This document shows positions 12,820-22,818 of a stretch of DNA of 64,000 bases, in pieces (within the stretch, counting starts at the first letter, position 1; each line of letters begins with the position of its first letter). The notes beneath the pieces are model-generated. The model did no database searches. It worked only from the letters and a program-made list of their open reading frames with translations, and had not been told where the DNA came from. The DNA comes from a candidate division FCPU426 bacterium (lineage in GTDB: Bacteria; Oederibacteriota; Muellerivitia; Muellerivitales; Muellerivitaceae). Both the position numbers and the translations under genes were made by a program. The DNA lies in assembly GCA_963771075.1 (NCBI GenBank), contig CAVYSE010000027.1:1-64000 (forward strand), in the 5' to 3' direction.

Positions 12820-15390
12820 ATGGCTAGGCCTAAAAAACGTAAGGATAATGAAACGGAAATTCCGGAACTTCCGGTTGAAGGGGAATTAGGAACTCCCCCG
12901 CCCGCCAAAGTTGAGAAGGCCGCATTGGGAGGGGACGGCGGGGATGAGAACAGGGGCCATATCGTTTCTACCGACATTGAAGATGAAATGAAAGATTCAT
13001 ACCTCGATTACGCCATGAGCGTGATCGTGGGTCGGGCGCTTCCGGATGTAAGAGACGGCCTGAAACCGGTCCATCGCCGCATTTTCATGGGGATGCACGA
13101 CTTAAGCCTGACTTCCCGCAAACCTTACCGCAAATCCGCCAAAGTCACTGGTGATGTCACCGGCAATTATCATCCCCACGGCACGGCCTCTGTTTATGAC
13201 ACGATGGTACGTCTGGCGCAGGATTTTTCAATGCGGTATCCCCTCGTAGACGGTCAGGGAAACTTTGGATCCATCGATGGTGATCCTCCGGCTGCCGAAC
13301 GTTATACCGAAGTACGTATGTCCCCCCTAGCGGAAGAACTCCTCAAAGATATAGACAAAAACACAGTGGATTTTGTCCCCAACTATGACGGAACCCGCGA
13401 AGAACCTCTTGTTCTTCCCTGTGCATTCCCCAATTTTTTAGTCAACGGGGCCCAGGGCATTGCGGTCGGAATGGCCACAAATGTTCCCCCACACAATCTT
13501 GGTGAAGTGATCGATGGATTGCTGCATTTGATCGACAATCCCCAGGCTACAGTGAAGGACTTGATTCATTTCATCAAGGGGCCTGATTTTCCCACGGGCG
13601 GGTTCATTTTAGGACGGGAAGGAATCCATGAGGCCTATAACACGGGCCGTGGAAGTGTGCGAATGCAGGCCAAGGCCGGCATTGAGACGGATAAAAAAGA
13701 ACGTGAACGAATCATCATCACGGAAATTCCATTTCAGGTAAATAAAGCCCAACTCATTGAAAAAATCGCTGAATTGGTGCGTGATAAGAAAATCGAAGGA
13801 ATCACCGATCTTCGAGACGAGTCTGACCGGGACGGCATGCGGATCGTGATTGAAGTTTCGAAAAACATGAACGGTCAGGTGGTTCTTAACAACCTGCTCC
13901 AGCAAACATCCCTTCGCACCTCTTTCGGAATCATCATGTTGGCTTTGGTCAACGGTCAGCCCCGTGTATTAAACCTCAAGGGGCTTCTCCACCATTATTT
14001 GGAGCACCGCAAAGATGTGGTCATTCGCCGGACCCGATTTGATTTGGATAAGGCCGAAAAGCGCGCTCATATTCTCGAAGGATTGCGTATCGCTCTCGAC
14101 AATCTGGACAAGGTCATCAAAACGATTCGCTCTTCCAAAACTACCGAGGATGCCAAAACCGCCTTGATTGCAAATTTCGATCTCTCCCCCATTCAAGCCC
14201 AGGCGATCCTCGAGATGCAATTGAGGCAGTTAACCAACCTGGAAATCAAGAAGATCGAGGATGAATACAAGGAGCTTTTGAAAACCATCGAGGTCTTGAA
14301 AGGTATCCTAACCTCAGAGAAAAAACTTTGGCAGGTCATTAAGGATGAGTTAACTGAGATAAAAACCAAGTATGCAGATGCCCGCCGGTCGGAAATTATT
14401 GGCAAGGCCGAGGACTTGAAAATCGAGGACTTGATAGAGGACGAGCAATGCGTCATTACCCTGTCGCATGGGGGATATATCAAGCGCCTGCCCATCGACA
14501 CGTATCAAAAACAACGCCGGGGCGGAAAGGGAGTTACGGGTTCTGGTATCAAAGAGGAAGATTTCGTCGAGAGGATGTATACAGCATCCACCCATGATTA
14601 CCTGCTTATCTTCACTAATTTTGGAAAGGCTCATTGGCTCAAGGTCTATGAGATTCCCGAGGCTTCCCGCTATGCCCGAGGAACGGCTTTGGCGAACGTT
14701 CTTAAGCTGGGGGAGGAAGAAAAAATCTCAGCCGTCAAGCCGGTAAAGGAATTTAACGAAAAGTTCAGCATATTAATGGCCACGGCCAATGGTTTGATCA
14801 AAAACACCAGTCTTTCGGCTTTTGATAAGCCCAGGGCTGGTGGAATCATTGCCATTACACTCGATAAAGGTGATATTTTAGTTTCAGCTGAAATTACCGA
14901 CGGTAAAAGGGATGTGTTTTTGGCAACCCGTTCGGGGCTTTCCATCCGGTTTCCAGAAAAAATGGTCAGGGAAGTGGGCCGGGCCGGTAAAGGCGTTCGG
15001 GGAATGAGATTAGGTAAAAACGACCGCGTGATTGGCATGGAAGTGGTTCAAGAGGGCATGTCGCTGCTCACTGCCACCGAAAAGGGGTTTGGTAAACGCA
15101 CCAACTTCTCCGCCTACCGTCGGCAGGGGCGGGGCGGGAAGGGCATCCTCAATATCAAGACGACGGCCAAAAATGGGTTAGCGGTTTCTATCGTATCGGT
15201 GGGAGACCAAGACGAAATTATTGTCATGACCGCCACAGGCAAGGTCATTCGACAGCGTGTAAAAGAAATCAAGTCTACGGGAAGGTTGGCCCAGGGAGTT
15301 CGATTGATTAAAATGGCTGAAGATGATCGTCTGGTGGCGGTTGTCAACGTGCCCAAAGATGTTGAGGGAGGCGAATCGAGTGAAGGGTAA
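12820..15390 (+). CDS. gyrA: DNA gyrase subunit A
   Basis: RALPDVRDGLKPVHRR, AERYTE active-site Tyr, GyrA box QRRGGKG. Confidence 0.98.
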   Translation: MARPKKRKDNETEIPELPVEGELGTPPPAKVEKAALGGDGGDENRGHIVSTDIEDEMKDSYLDYAMSVIVGRALPDVRDGLKPVHRRIFMGMHDLSLTSRKPYRKSAKVTGDVTGNYHPHGTASVYDTMVRLAQDFSMRYPLVDGQGNFGSIDGDPPAAERYTEVRMSPLAEELLKDIDKNTVDFVPNYDGTREEPLVLPCAFPNFLVNGAQGIAVGMATNVPPHNLGEVIDGLLHLIDNPQATVKDLIHFIKGPDFPTGGFILGREGIHEAYNTGRGSVRMQAKAGIETDKKERERIIITEIPFQVNKAQLIEKIAELVRDKKIEGITDLRDESDRDGMRIVIEVSKNMNGQVVLNNLLQQTSLRTSFGIIMLALVNGQPRVLNLKGLLHHYLEHRKDVVIRRTRFDLDKAEKRAHILEGLRIALDNLDKVIKTIRSSKTTEDAKTALIANFDLSPIQAQAILEMQLRQLTNLEIKKIEDEYKELLKTIEVLKGILTSEKKLWQVIKDELTEIKTKYADARRSEIIGKAEDLKIEDLIEDEQCVITLSHGGYIKRLPIDTYQKQRRGGKGVTGSGIKEEDFVERMYTASTHDYLLIFTNFGKAHWLKVYEIPEASRYARGTALANVLKLGEEEKISAVKPVKEFNEKFSILMATANGLIKNTSLSAFDKPRAGGIIAITLDKGDILVSAEITDGKRDVFLATRSGLSIRFPEKMVREVGRAGKGVRGMRLGKNDRVIGMEVVQEGMSLLTATEKGFGKRTNFSAYRRQGRGGKGILNIKTTAKNGLAVSIVSVGDQDEIIVMTATGKVIRQRVKEIKSTGRLAQGVRLIKMAEDDRLVAVVNVPKDVEGGESSEG

Positions 15391-18300
15391 ATATTTTCAA
15401 GCGCTCCTTCTTGTGGGTGTTTTACCTATTGCTATACTTGCGGTGGTTTATTCTTTTGTGAGATTTACTGATGTGCCCCCTGTTGTTCCCTCCCCCCCCC
15501 TTCTGCTTCGGAAGCCAATTACACTCCGATCAATATTCTTCAAAGCCAAATCGGGACCATTGCCTCCACCCTTTTTAGCAACATCATGAAAACGCATGAT
15601 GACATTCCAAATCTGACCATGGTGCATGGAGATTCAGATCTGACCAATTTTAAGGCTTCCCACCCGGGGGTGCAGGGCGTGGTGGTCATTTCCTCCGCTG
15701 GAAAGATCCTGAAAAATGTTCCCGCGGTCCCGCCCTTGGCAGATCCCCAGCAATACGGAAGTTCGGATGAGTTTAAAACAATTCAAGATCGACTTCAGGC
15801 CAATCCGGGAAAAACCTACCAATTTTATACCCAGCGTTTGGGCTATCCCGCATTCTTGTTTGCTCAACCTTTGAATGACAAATCGATCGCCATCATTATT
15901 TTCAACTTGGGTTATATTTTCTCTTCCCTTGATCCGAGAGATACCAAAAGCGGGGTCTATTTCATACTGGACGCGGTTTCAGGGCGTTATTTTTATCATA
16001 CCAACCCCTCAAAACTTTCTGAAACCTTCAATCCCAATAATGAACCTTGGCTGACTAAAGTCACGACCGATTTAACTAACCAACAGTCTGGTTCATCACT
16101 TAATCCAGGTGTAGGGGCCGTCATTTACGCCCCCTTGGGTTTCGCCAAATTGGGAGTAGTCAACCAAGTTCCCTACAGCACCGTGATTCCGGCTATGCCT
16201 CAGCCTAAAGCTGCGCCCAAGCCCACATTGGATAATTTTCCACTATTGTTCCAAAAATGGTTTTATAACGCTTTTGGCCTTTCTTTATTGATTCTTCTCG
16301 CGTGGGTTTTCCTTGTTGGTTTCAGCATTCTCAAAAGTATTCTTACCCCCCTTCAAAAGGCCAGTACGGTGGTCTTAAAAGCGGCCCAGGGACAAGGAAT
16401 CATCACTCCCGAAGTCCTTAAAGCCTTTGGAAACGATGAAGTGGGCCAAATGGTCCAGGCTGCCGCGGTGCTCATACAAAACCTTGAGAGGGATAAACAG
16501 CAAATTCAACAGGAAAAAGATGAAACCGTTCGTCAAATCCGCACCCTAATGGAAGAAAAAACACGCGATGCGGCGGCCCAAGTCACTTCGGCCCAACAAT
16601 TAGCCCAGGGAGCTAAGAGCGATCTTGCCGAGAAAACCCAGGTCTTGAATGACAAGCTCAAGGAATTGGACGCCCTGAAAGCAATGTCGGAAGGCTTACG
16701 AAACCAATCGGAGCAAGCCAAAACTGAAAACGCGCAGCTCAAGGGCCAACTGACTGCCGCCGAAAAGACTCAGGCAGACTCCATGGCGAAAATCCAGCAA
16801 ACCGAAATGAAATTGAAAGACATGGAAGCCAAACTATTGAATGCGGTTTCCGCTGCTTCCGCCATTCAAGTTTCCCAGGTCCGGGCTGCGGCCATCCGTA
16901 CCATGAGCGAGGAGCTTAAGACCACCCTAGGCATCATCAAGGGATATGTTTCCTCGGCTTTGGGAACGGTCCAGGGGGGCATCAGTGAGAAGCAACAGGA
17001 ATTCTTGGGAATGGTCATCAATCGCTCCGCCCGACTTGAAAAATTCATCAATGATCTTTTGGATATTTACCAAGTGGAAATCGAGTCCGAGGAAGCAAAA
17101 CGGGAAGATGTCAATCTTGGATCCGAAATTGAGGGATTAGCTTTCAACTTCCAAGCCCAGGCTGAGGTGAAGAGCATCAAGTTAAGGGTTGAACCAAAGC
17201 CTAATTTACCCAAAGTGCCGATCATCCGTAGGCGCTTTAACCAACTATGGAACATCCTCTATCTCCAAATTATTAAGGACGCGCCGCGGGGATCTGCCAT
17301 TCCCATTCTAGTGGAAGCGGTGGGAGAAAATGTCAAGGTCACAGTTGAAGATCCGGGGCTCAACGTCAAAACCGAAAGCCTGCCCCACTTATACGATGAA
17401 TTTTACGATCCCAAACATACCGCATCCGCCCAATTAGCTGGAACAGGTCTCAAGTTTGCGCTCGTGAAAACCATTTTAGCGGGGCATGGCGGAGGGGCAG
17501 TGGCCGAAAAATCTGATCCGGGTACCAGGTTAATATTGACCTTCCCCACGAAATATAAAAAACCCAGTGAAATAACGGCGGCCGCGACAGCGGCGGAAAT
17601 TAATCCGCAGGCAACGACACCTTCCATGAAATCACCCGCTTTGGGGGTTGGAAAACCCATCCCTGCCACCTCGGGTCCTGCGCCTTTGGGTGTTACGAAA
17701 CCTCCCGCATTAGGTGCGCCTCCCCCAGCAGGGAAGCCAGTCCAGGAAAATTCCGGAATGTTGGATGCACTCATCGCAGGTAAAGTTCCTCCGATAATGG
17801 CTTCTCCTCAAAAAATTTCTCCATCAACACCCCCTTCTACCTCTCCCAAACCACCGATTGCGCAGGGTATGCCCGGTGGCACGACAATTCCACCTGGATC
17901 ATTGGGAACAATGCCTAAACCGGGAATACCGCCTCTAGGTGCGCCTCCCCTAGGTTCAAAAATTCCATCTGCCCCGGGGGTGGGTCCCATTCCTGTAAAA
18001 GCACCTGTACCTTCTCCTGGACTTTTGGACGCACTTCTCGATAAAAAATCACCCAGTTCTTCATCCGCTGATTCGAACAAGGCTTCAGTTCCTCCGGCCG
18101 CTCCTCCCCCCCTCCCAAGCCAATCCCATTAGGGGTTCCAGGGGCTTTGGACTCTTTGCTTGCCAATAAACCCGCTCCTCCTCCTCTGGTTCCTACCATT
18201 CCGAAAGTTCCATCGAACCCATCTCAACCCGGTGTTCCTAACCTCGGGGTCGCCTCTCCCAAGCCACCGGTTAACCCACCTACTCCATTAGGATCAATTA

Positions 18301-18596
18301 ATGCGAAACCGATGGGTTCAGCCCATTCGCCTACCGTTGGGGCGGGACCCACGCCCCCCCCAGTACCCAAAGTGATTCCTACCTCATTAAAGCCCACCGC
18401 CCCCCCGAACGGGGTATTTGACCTGGATAACCTGGACACGGTCAAAACCGAGGAAGGCACTTCCAAGTTAATGTCTCCTCCAGCGCCACCCCTGTCCTCG
18501 AAAGCGGCTCCCGGTGTTCCACCCGGCGGGTTGGACGTCCAAAAATCCCTAAACAGGGATTCAATCAAGGAAAACGACGGAGAACTCATCGAGTAG
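15380..18596 (+). CDS. Membrane sensor histidine-kinase-like protein (degenerate) with coiled coil and Pro-rich tail; split by two frameshifts
   Basis: Three ORFs join across a C9 run (15492-15500) and a C7 run (18106-18112); TM, extracytoplasmic domain, TM, HAMP-like NDEVGQM, coiled coil, HisKA-like SEELKTTL, HATPase-like GTGLKFA. Confidence 0.7.
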
Positions 18597-18625
18597 GTAT
18601 CACATGGCGGGGAGTTAAATTGAGC

Positions 18626-18652
18626 AAGCCCTGGTTTCCTCAGGGCTTTTTT
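18626..18652 (+). terminator. Rho-independent terminator
   Basis: AAGCCCTG...CAGGGCTT followed by a T-run. Confidence 0.7.
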
Positions 18653-18701
18653 ATTTTCAATTAGGATTCTACTTTAATCCATTTATTGCCAGGAGAATGG
18701 A

Positions 18702-19772
18702 TTGGCTCAGACCAATAAAAAAGTCTTTATGGTGGTGTCCCTTTTTATTTTGGGAATAATGATCTTGGGCCTTTTCACCACCGCCAAGAGCGATCTTCCT
18801 AAATTAGCCAATACCTTTCATCATCTGCACATCCAATACATGATCTTCGCTTTAATTTGCACAGCGGTCGCTTATCTAGCTTTTACCCTGTCCTTCAATG
18901 GTTTGTTCGAATTGACCCCCTATCAAATTCCATTCATTCAATTTTTCCCAATCATGTTTATTTCTGCCACCATCAATTTTATTATTTCGTCGGGTGGCTG
19001 GGCCGGTGTGGCGATTCGGTCGTATCTTTTAAAACAGCATAAAGTTCCCTATTCCGTGACAATTCCTTTGTCGTTCGCGCAAAACATGATTTTCAACCTG
19101 GTTTTGGCCGGGGTTAGTTTCGGGGGACTTATTTTCTTACGGGAACATCCTGAATTCATCGGTGGGGCGAAGGAGACCGTTGTTCTGGGGTTTATGGTGG
19201 GGTTAGCGGCCTTGGTTTTACTCATGTTGCTTGTCTTTTTTCATGGAAATTTTCGGAGATGGTTTTTCAAACTCGCGGTCAAAACGGGTAATTGGTTGGG
19301 AAATATTTTCTTAAGGCGCAAGACGTCCATTCAACGTTTGGCGGAAATCCGCGAGAATCTTGACGCGACTATCCGTTTTTTTCATAAAGGAAAGATCCAA
19401 TTATTGGTGGTTCTATTTTGGGTCTCGATGGACTGGTGTTTTACGGCGTTGACCCTTTACTTTTGTTTCAACGCCGTGGGGGTGGAACTTCCTTTGGGAC
19501 TTTTAATGGTTGGATTTACAGTCTTCTTTTTAACTTCCAACATTAACCCTATTCCGGCTGGTTTAGGGGTCAGCGAATCAGCCTTAGCTTTCGTTTTCAG
19601 CCTTTTGGGAGTAGATATAAACTTAACGATTCCGGCAGCCTTGCTCTTCCGGTTCGCTTTCTTCATTTTGCCCATGGGGGTCTCAACTGCCCTTTACCTA
19701 GATACAATGCGTCAATTCTTAAAATACCAGGACAAAGAAAATCCAACGGGTTTTGCCTCTAAGATTCGTTAA
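18702..19772 (+). CDS. Lysylphosphatidylglycerol synthase TM-domain (flippase-like) membrane protein
   Basis: Multi-TM protein with PIPAGLGVSE and ALLFRF motifs. Confidence 0.75.
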   Translation: MAQTNKKVFMVVSLFILGIMILGLFTTAKSDLPKLANTFHHLHIQYMIFALICTAVAYLAFTLSFNGLFELTPYQIPFIQFFPIMFISATINFIISSGGWAGVAIRSYLLKQHKVPYSVTIPLSFAQNMIFNLVLAGVSFGGLIFLREHPEFIGGAKETVVLGFMVGLAALVLLMLLVFFHGNFRRWFFKLAVKTGNWLGNIFLRRKTSIQRLAEIRENLDATIRFFHKGKIQLLVVLFWVSMDWCFTALTLYFCFNAVGVELPLGLLMVGFTVFFLTSNINPIPAGLGVSESALAFVFSLLGVDINLTIPAALLFRFAFFILPMGVSTALYLDTMRQFLKYQDKENPTGFASKIR

Positions 19773-19864
19773 AATTAGTGATGCTTCTTGTTTAATTTTC
19801 AGTAAACCCTAAAAACTACTTAAATATATGATTTTTTGAATATAAGCTAAGTCTAATTTTTTTA

Positions 19865-19893
19865 TTGACATGAGTCAATCAGACTCATATTTT
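19865..19893 (+). promoter_or_regulatory. Sigma-70 promoter with an overlapping HAIR-like HspR operator
   Basis: TTGACA (19865-70), 17 bp, TATTTT (19888-93); CATGAGT-N7-ACTCATA (19869-89) compared with HAIR consensus CTTGAGT-N7-ACTCAAG. Confidence 0.8.
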
Positions 19894-19962
19894 ATATTTA
19901 TAAATAACTGATTATCTATGTATAAATAATCAGTTAATTTTAGTAGTTAAGGGGATGCTATT

Positions 19963-20814
19963 ATGGAAAAAATACCTTTCGTTAGCGAAGAAAAATCATT
20001 AGGCACCTATCTTCGGGAAATAGCTAGGGTTCCACTTTTAACCCCAGAGGAAGAAAAAATTATTGCCCGGCAAGCCAGACTTGGCGATGAAATCGCGCTC
20101 AATCAAATGATCGAGGCGAATCTTCGATTTGTTGTATCGGTCGCCAAGGGGTTCCGAAACAGAGGTCTGTCTTTTCTCGATCTGATCAACGAGGGAAACC
20201 TGGGGCTTATCAAGGCAGCCAATACTTTTGATCCAGAAAGAGGAGTAAGGTTTGTTTCCTACGCGGTCTGGTGGATTCGTCAATCGATATTGGCGGCTAT
20301 CATGGATAAGGCCGATATGGTCCGGATACCGCAGAGCCAAACAAAAAAGATCCGTAAAATAACAAAGCAAGTAGCCGCCCTTGAGGTTAAAAAAGGCGAG
20401 CCGATGACGGACTCGGAAGTAATGAAAAAAGCCGACATCAACCGCGAAACTTGGGATGAAGTCCAAAAATTTTCCCATGGTTATTTAAGTTTGGATACAA
20501 CCCACGTGGGAGAAGGGGAAACGCCGTTAATCGAGTTTTTGAAGGACCCAAAGGGGTTGGATTCCTTCGAAAAAGAATTGATGAACCAGGACTTATCCGA
20601 AAAGGTAAGGGGAGCCTTAAAAGGTTTGGATGATCGGGATAGTAAGATCCTGACATGGAGGTATGGTTTGGATGGAACGGGTTCTCAAACCTTGGATGAG
20701 ATCGGGCAACGCCTCGGTATTTCCAAGGAAAGGGTACGCCAGATTGAGGAACGCGCCATGCGCAAAATCCGTGGATCGAAAAACGTTGAACTCCTGAGGG
20801 ATTATTTTAGTTAA
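19963..20814 (+). CDS. RNA polymerase sigma-70 family factor (RpoD/RpoS/RpoH-like, lacking region 1.1)
   Basis: ANLRFVVSVAK, DLINEGNLGL, SYAVWWIRQ, SKERVRQIE. Confidence 0.93.
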   Translation: MEKIPFVSEEKSLGTYLREIARVPLLTPEEEKIIARQARLGDEIALNQMIEANLRFVVSVAKGFRNRGLSFLDLINEGNLGLIKAANTFDPERGVRFVSYAVWWIRQSILAAIMDKADMVRIPQSQTKKIRKITKQVAALEVKKGEPMTDSEVMKKADINRETWDEVQKFSHGYLSLDTTHVGEGETPLIEFLKDPKGLDSFEKELMNQDLSEKVRGALKGLDDRDSKILTWRYGLDGTGSQTLDEIGQRLGISKERVRQIEERAMRKIRGSKNVELLRDYFS

Positions 20815-20829
20815 GGCGGGGCGGGAAAT

Positions 20830-21183
20830 ATGGAAGTTTCGCGCGAATATCCAATCTACACGATCAGCGTGGTGGCGCAGCTGTTAAACCTGCACGAACA
20901 GACCATTCGACAATATGAACGAATGGGGCTTATTTCACCCTGTCGAACCTTGAAGAAAACCAGGCTTTATTCGCAGGTGGACGTGGAACGGCTCGAATGC
21001 ATCGTCTACCTCGTCAAAACCTGCGGAGTGAATCTTTCGGGTGTGCAAATCGTCATTACCTTGTCGGCGCAACACCCTGAAATTAATGAGTTGTTGAAAT
21101 CCAAGCGGATTATTCCTCGAGACATGGGGAATTCCGTACAATCCAACTTATCGGAGGAATCCACTCATGAACCTAACCTTTAA
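20830..21183 (+). CDS. hspR: MerR-family heat-shock repressor HspR
   Basis: PIYTISVVAQLLNLHEQTIRQYERMGLISP...RLYSQ...GVNLSGV. Confidence 0.82.
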   Translation: MEVSREYPIYTISVVAQLLNLHEQTIRQYERMGLISPCRTLKKTRLYSQVDVERLECIVYLVKTCGVNLSGVQIVITLSAQHPEINELLKSKRIIPRDMGNSVQSNLSEESTHEPNL

Positions 21184-22690
21184 GCGTTATAAATGGATTA
21201 ATCTTGTGGCCGGTATGGCTTTTCTTTTAGGGCCACTTGCTCCAACAGCAGCCTTAGCGGTGGAACTTCACCTAGGCCAGGAACCACCTCCCGTCACCCT
21301 ACCTGCCACAAGCGCGGCTTTGGCGCTTCAAAAGGCATTCATTGATGTGGCCGCAGCCGTGAGCCCGGGTGTGGTTAATATCAGTTCCGAATGGACCGAA
21401 AATATCCGTGGTTTGGACAATTTTGGCGGAATGGACGATTTTTTCAATTTCTGGTTTTATGGGCCTCATGGTCAAAGAACACCCCAGCGTATTTTCAAAC
21501 AAAAACAGCATAGCTTGGGTTCTGGTTTTCTGATCACTTCCGACGGTTACATCCTTACCAACGCCCATGTGCTTGGGAAAGCCGACAAGGTCACTGTCAC
21601 CTTGAAGGATGGAACCACTTATCCTGGGAAAATAGTGGGTAAGGACGAGAAAGTGGATATCGGTATCGTGAAAATATCCGGCAATTCCTTTCCCCATCTT
21701 GTTTTGGGCGATTCGGATTCCCTACAGGTTGGGGAGTGGGCTATCGCTGTGGGTAATCCATTCGCATTGGACCATACCGTTACGACGGGGGTCATTTCGG
21801 CCAAGGGACGCAGTGTGGAAATCAGCCAGGACCAGGGATACCAAAGTTATATCCAAACCGACGCCTCGATCAATCCGGGAAATTCAGGGGGACCTCTTTG
21901 TAATATTGAGGGACAGGTGGTCGGGATCAATAGCGCTATTTACAGCCAATCGGGAGGTTCGGTGGGAATTGGATTCGCCATACCCGTTAATATCGCCCGC
22001 AAGGCGGCCGAAGACCTCGTGAATAATGGAAAAATCATTCGGGCGGGTTTGGGCGCTATCGTCCAATCACTTGATCCCAAAATGGCCAGGAGTTTCGGTC
22101 TGACCTCTCCCGAGGGGGCGCTCATTTCGAACATTAATCCAGGAAGCGCGGCTGAGAAAGCGGGCTTAAAACCCGGGGATATTATTCTTTCCGTGGACGG
22201 GGTGAAGGTCCATGACTCGGCCGATTTGGTAGCCAAGTTATATACCTACCAGCCGGGCCAGACGGTTCAAATGACACTCTTGCGCGGGGGGAAGGAAACC
22301 ATCTTTCCGGTTATTTTGCAAAAACTGGATGAGGCATTCTTGAATAAGGGAGAAAAGGATGAAAATAACGAAGGGAACTCCCCGCTAGGACAGGGGGAAA
22401 ATGACAACTTGGGTTTGACTTACCAGGATCAAACCTCCGATTTAAAAAGCCAGCTTCCCTCGAACGCTCCCAAGGGTCCCGTGGTCACACAGGTTGAACA
22501 ACAAAGTCCAGCGGCGCAGGCCGGTCTACAAGCGGGAGACATTATCTTGAGGGTGGACGACAAGGTCATTGTTTCCGCCAACCAACTCACCGTGATATTG
22601 AAAAAGAGCGATCTAAAAAATGGTGTTCGTCTTTTTGTTTGGCGGGATGGGGTAACCCTTTATTCATTCCTCCAGACGGGGGATGAATAA
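21167..22690 (+). CDS. degP: DegP/Do-family periplasmic serine protease with two PDZ domains
   Basis: Signal peptide, LTNAHV, IQTDASINPGNSGG, two PDZ domains. Confidence 0.9.
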   Translation: MNLTFKRYKWINLVAGMAFLLGPLAPTAALAVELHLGQEPPPVTLPATSAALALQKAFIDVAAAVSPGVVNISSEWTENIRGLDNFGGMDDFFNFWFYGPHGQRTPQRIFKQKQHSLGSGFLITSDGYILTNAHVLGKADKVTVTLKDGTTYPGKIVGKDEKVDIGIVKISGNSFPHLVLGDSDSLQVGEWAIAVGNPFALDHTVTTGVISAKGRSVEISQDQGYQSYIQTDASINPGNSGGPLCNIEGQVVGINSAIYSQSGGSVGIGFAIPVNIARKAAEDLVNNGKIIRAGLGAIVQSLDPKMARSFGLTSPEGALISNINPGSAAEKAGLKPGDIILSVDGVKVHDSADLVAKLYTYQPGQTVQMTLLRGGKETIFPVILQKLDEAFLNKGEKDENNEGNSPLGQGENDNLGLTYQDQTSDLKSQLPSNAPKGPVVTQVEQQSPAAQAGLQAGDIILRVDDKVIVSANQLTVILKKSDLKNGVRLFVWRDGVTLYSFLQTGDE

Positions 22691-22717
22691 CGTTCGGTAA
22701 ACGAACTTAAGGGGACC

Positions 22718-22750
22718 AAAGCCTTGGGACTTCGGTTTCAAGGCTTTTTC
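22718..22750 (+). terminator. Rho-independent terminator after degP
   Basis: AAAGCCTTG...CAAGGCTTT followed by a T-run. Confidence 0.75.
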
Positions 22751-22818
22751 ATTTTCCCACTTTGGACACGGCTTTAAAATGGACTTAATTCATTAACTTC
22801 TTTTTTCAAGGATAGAAT

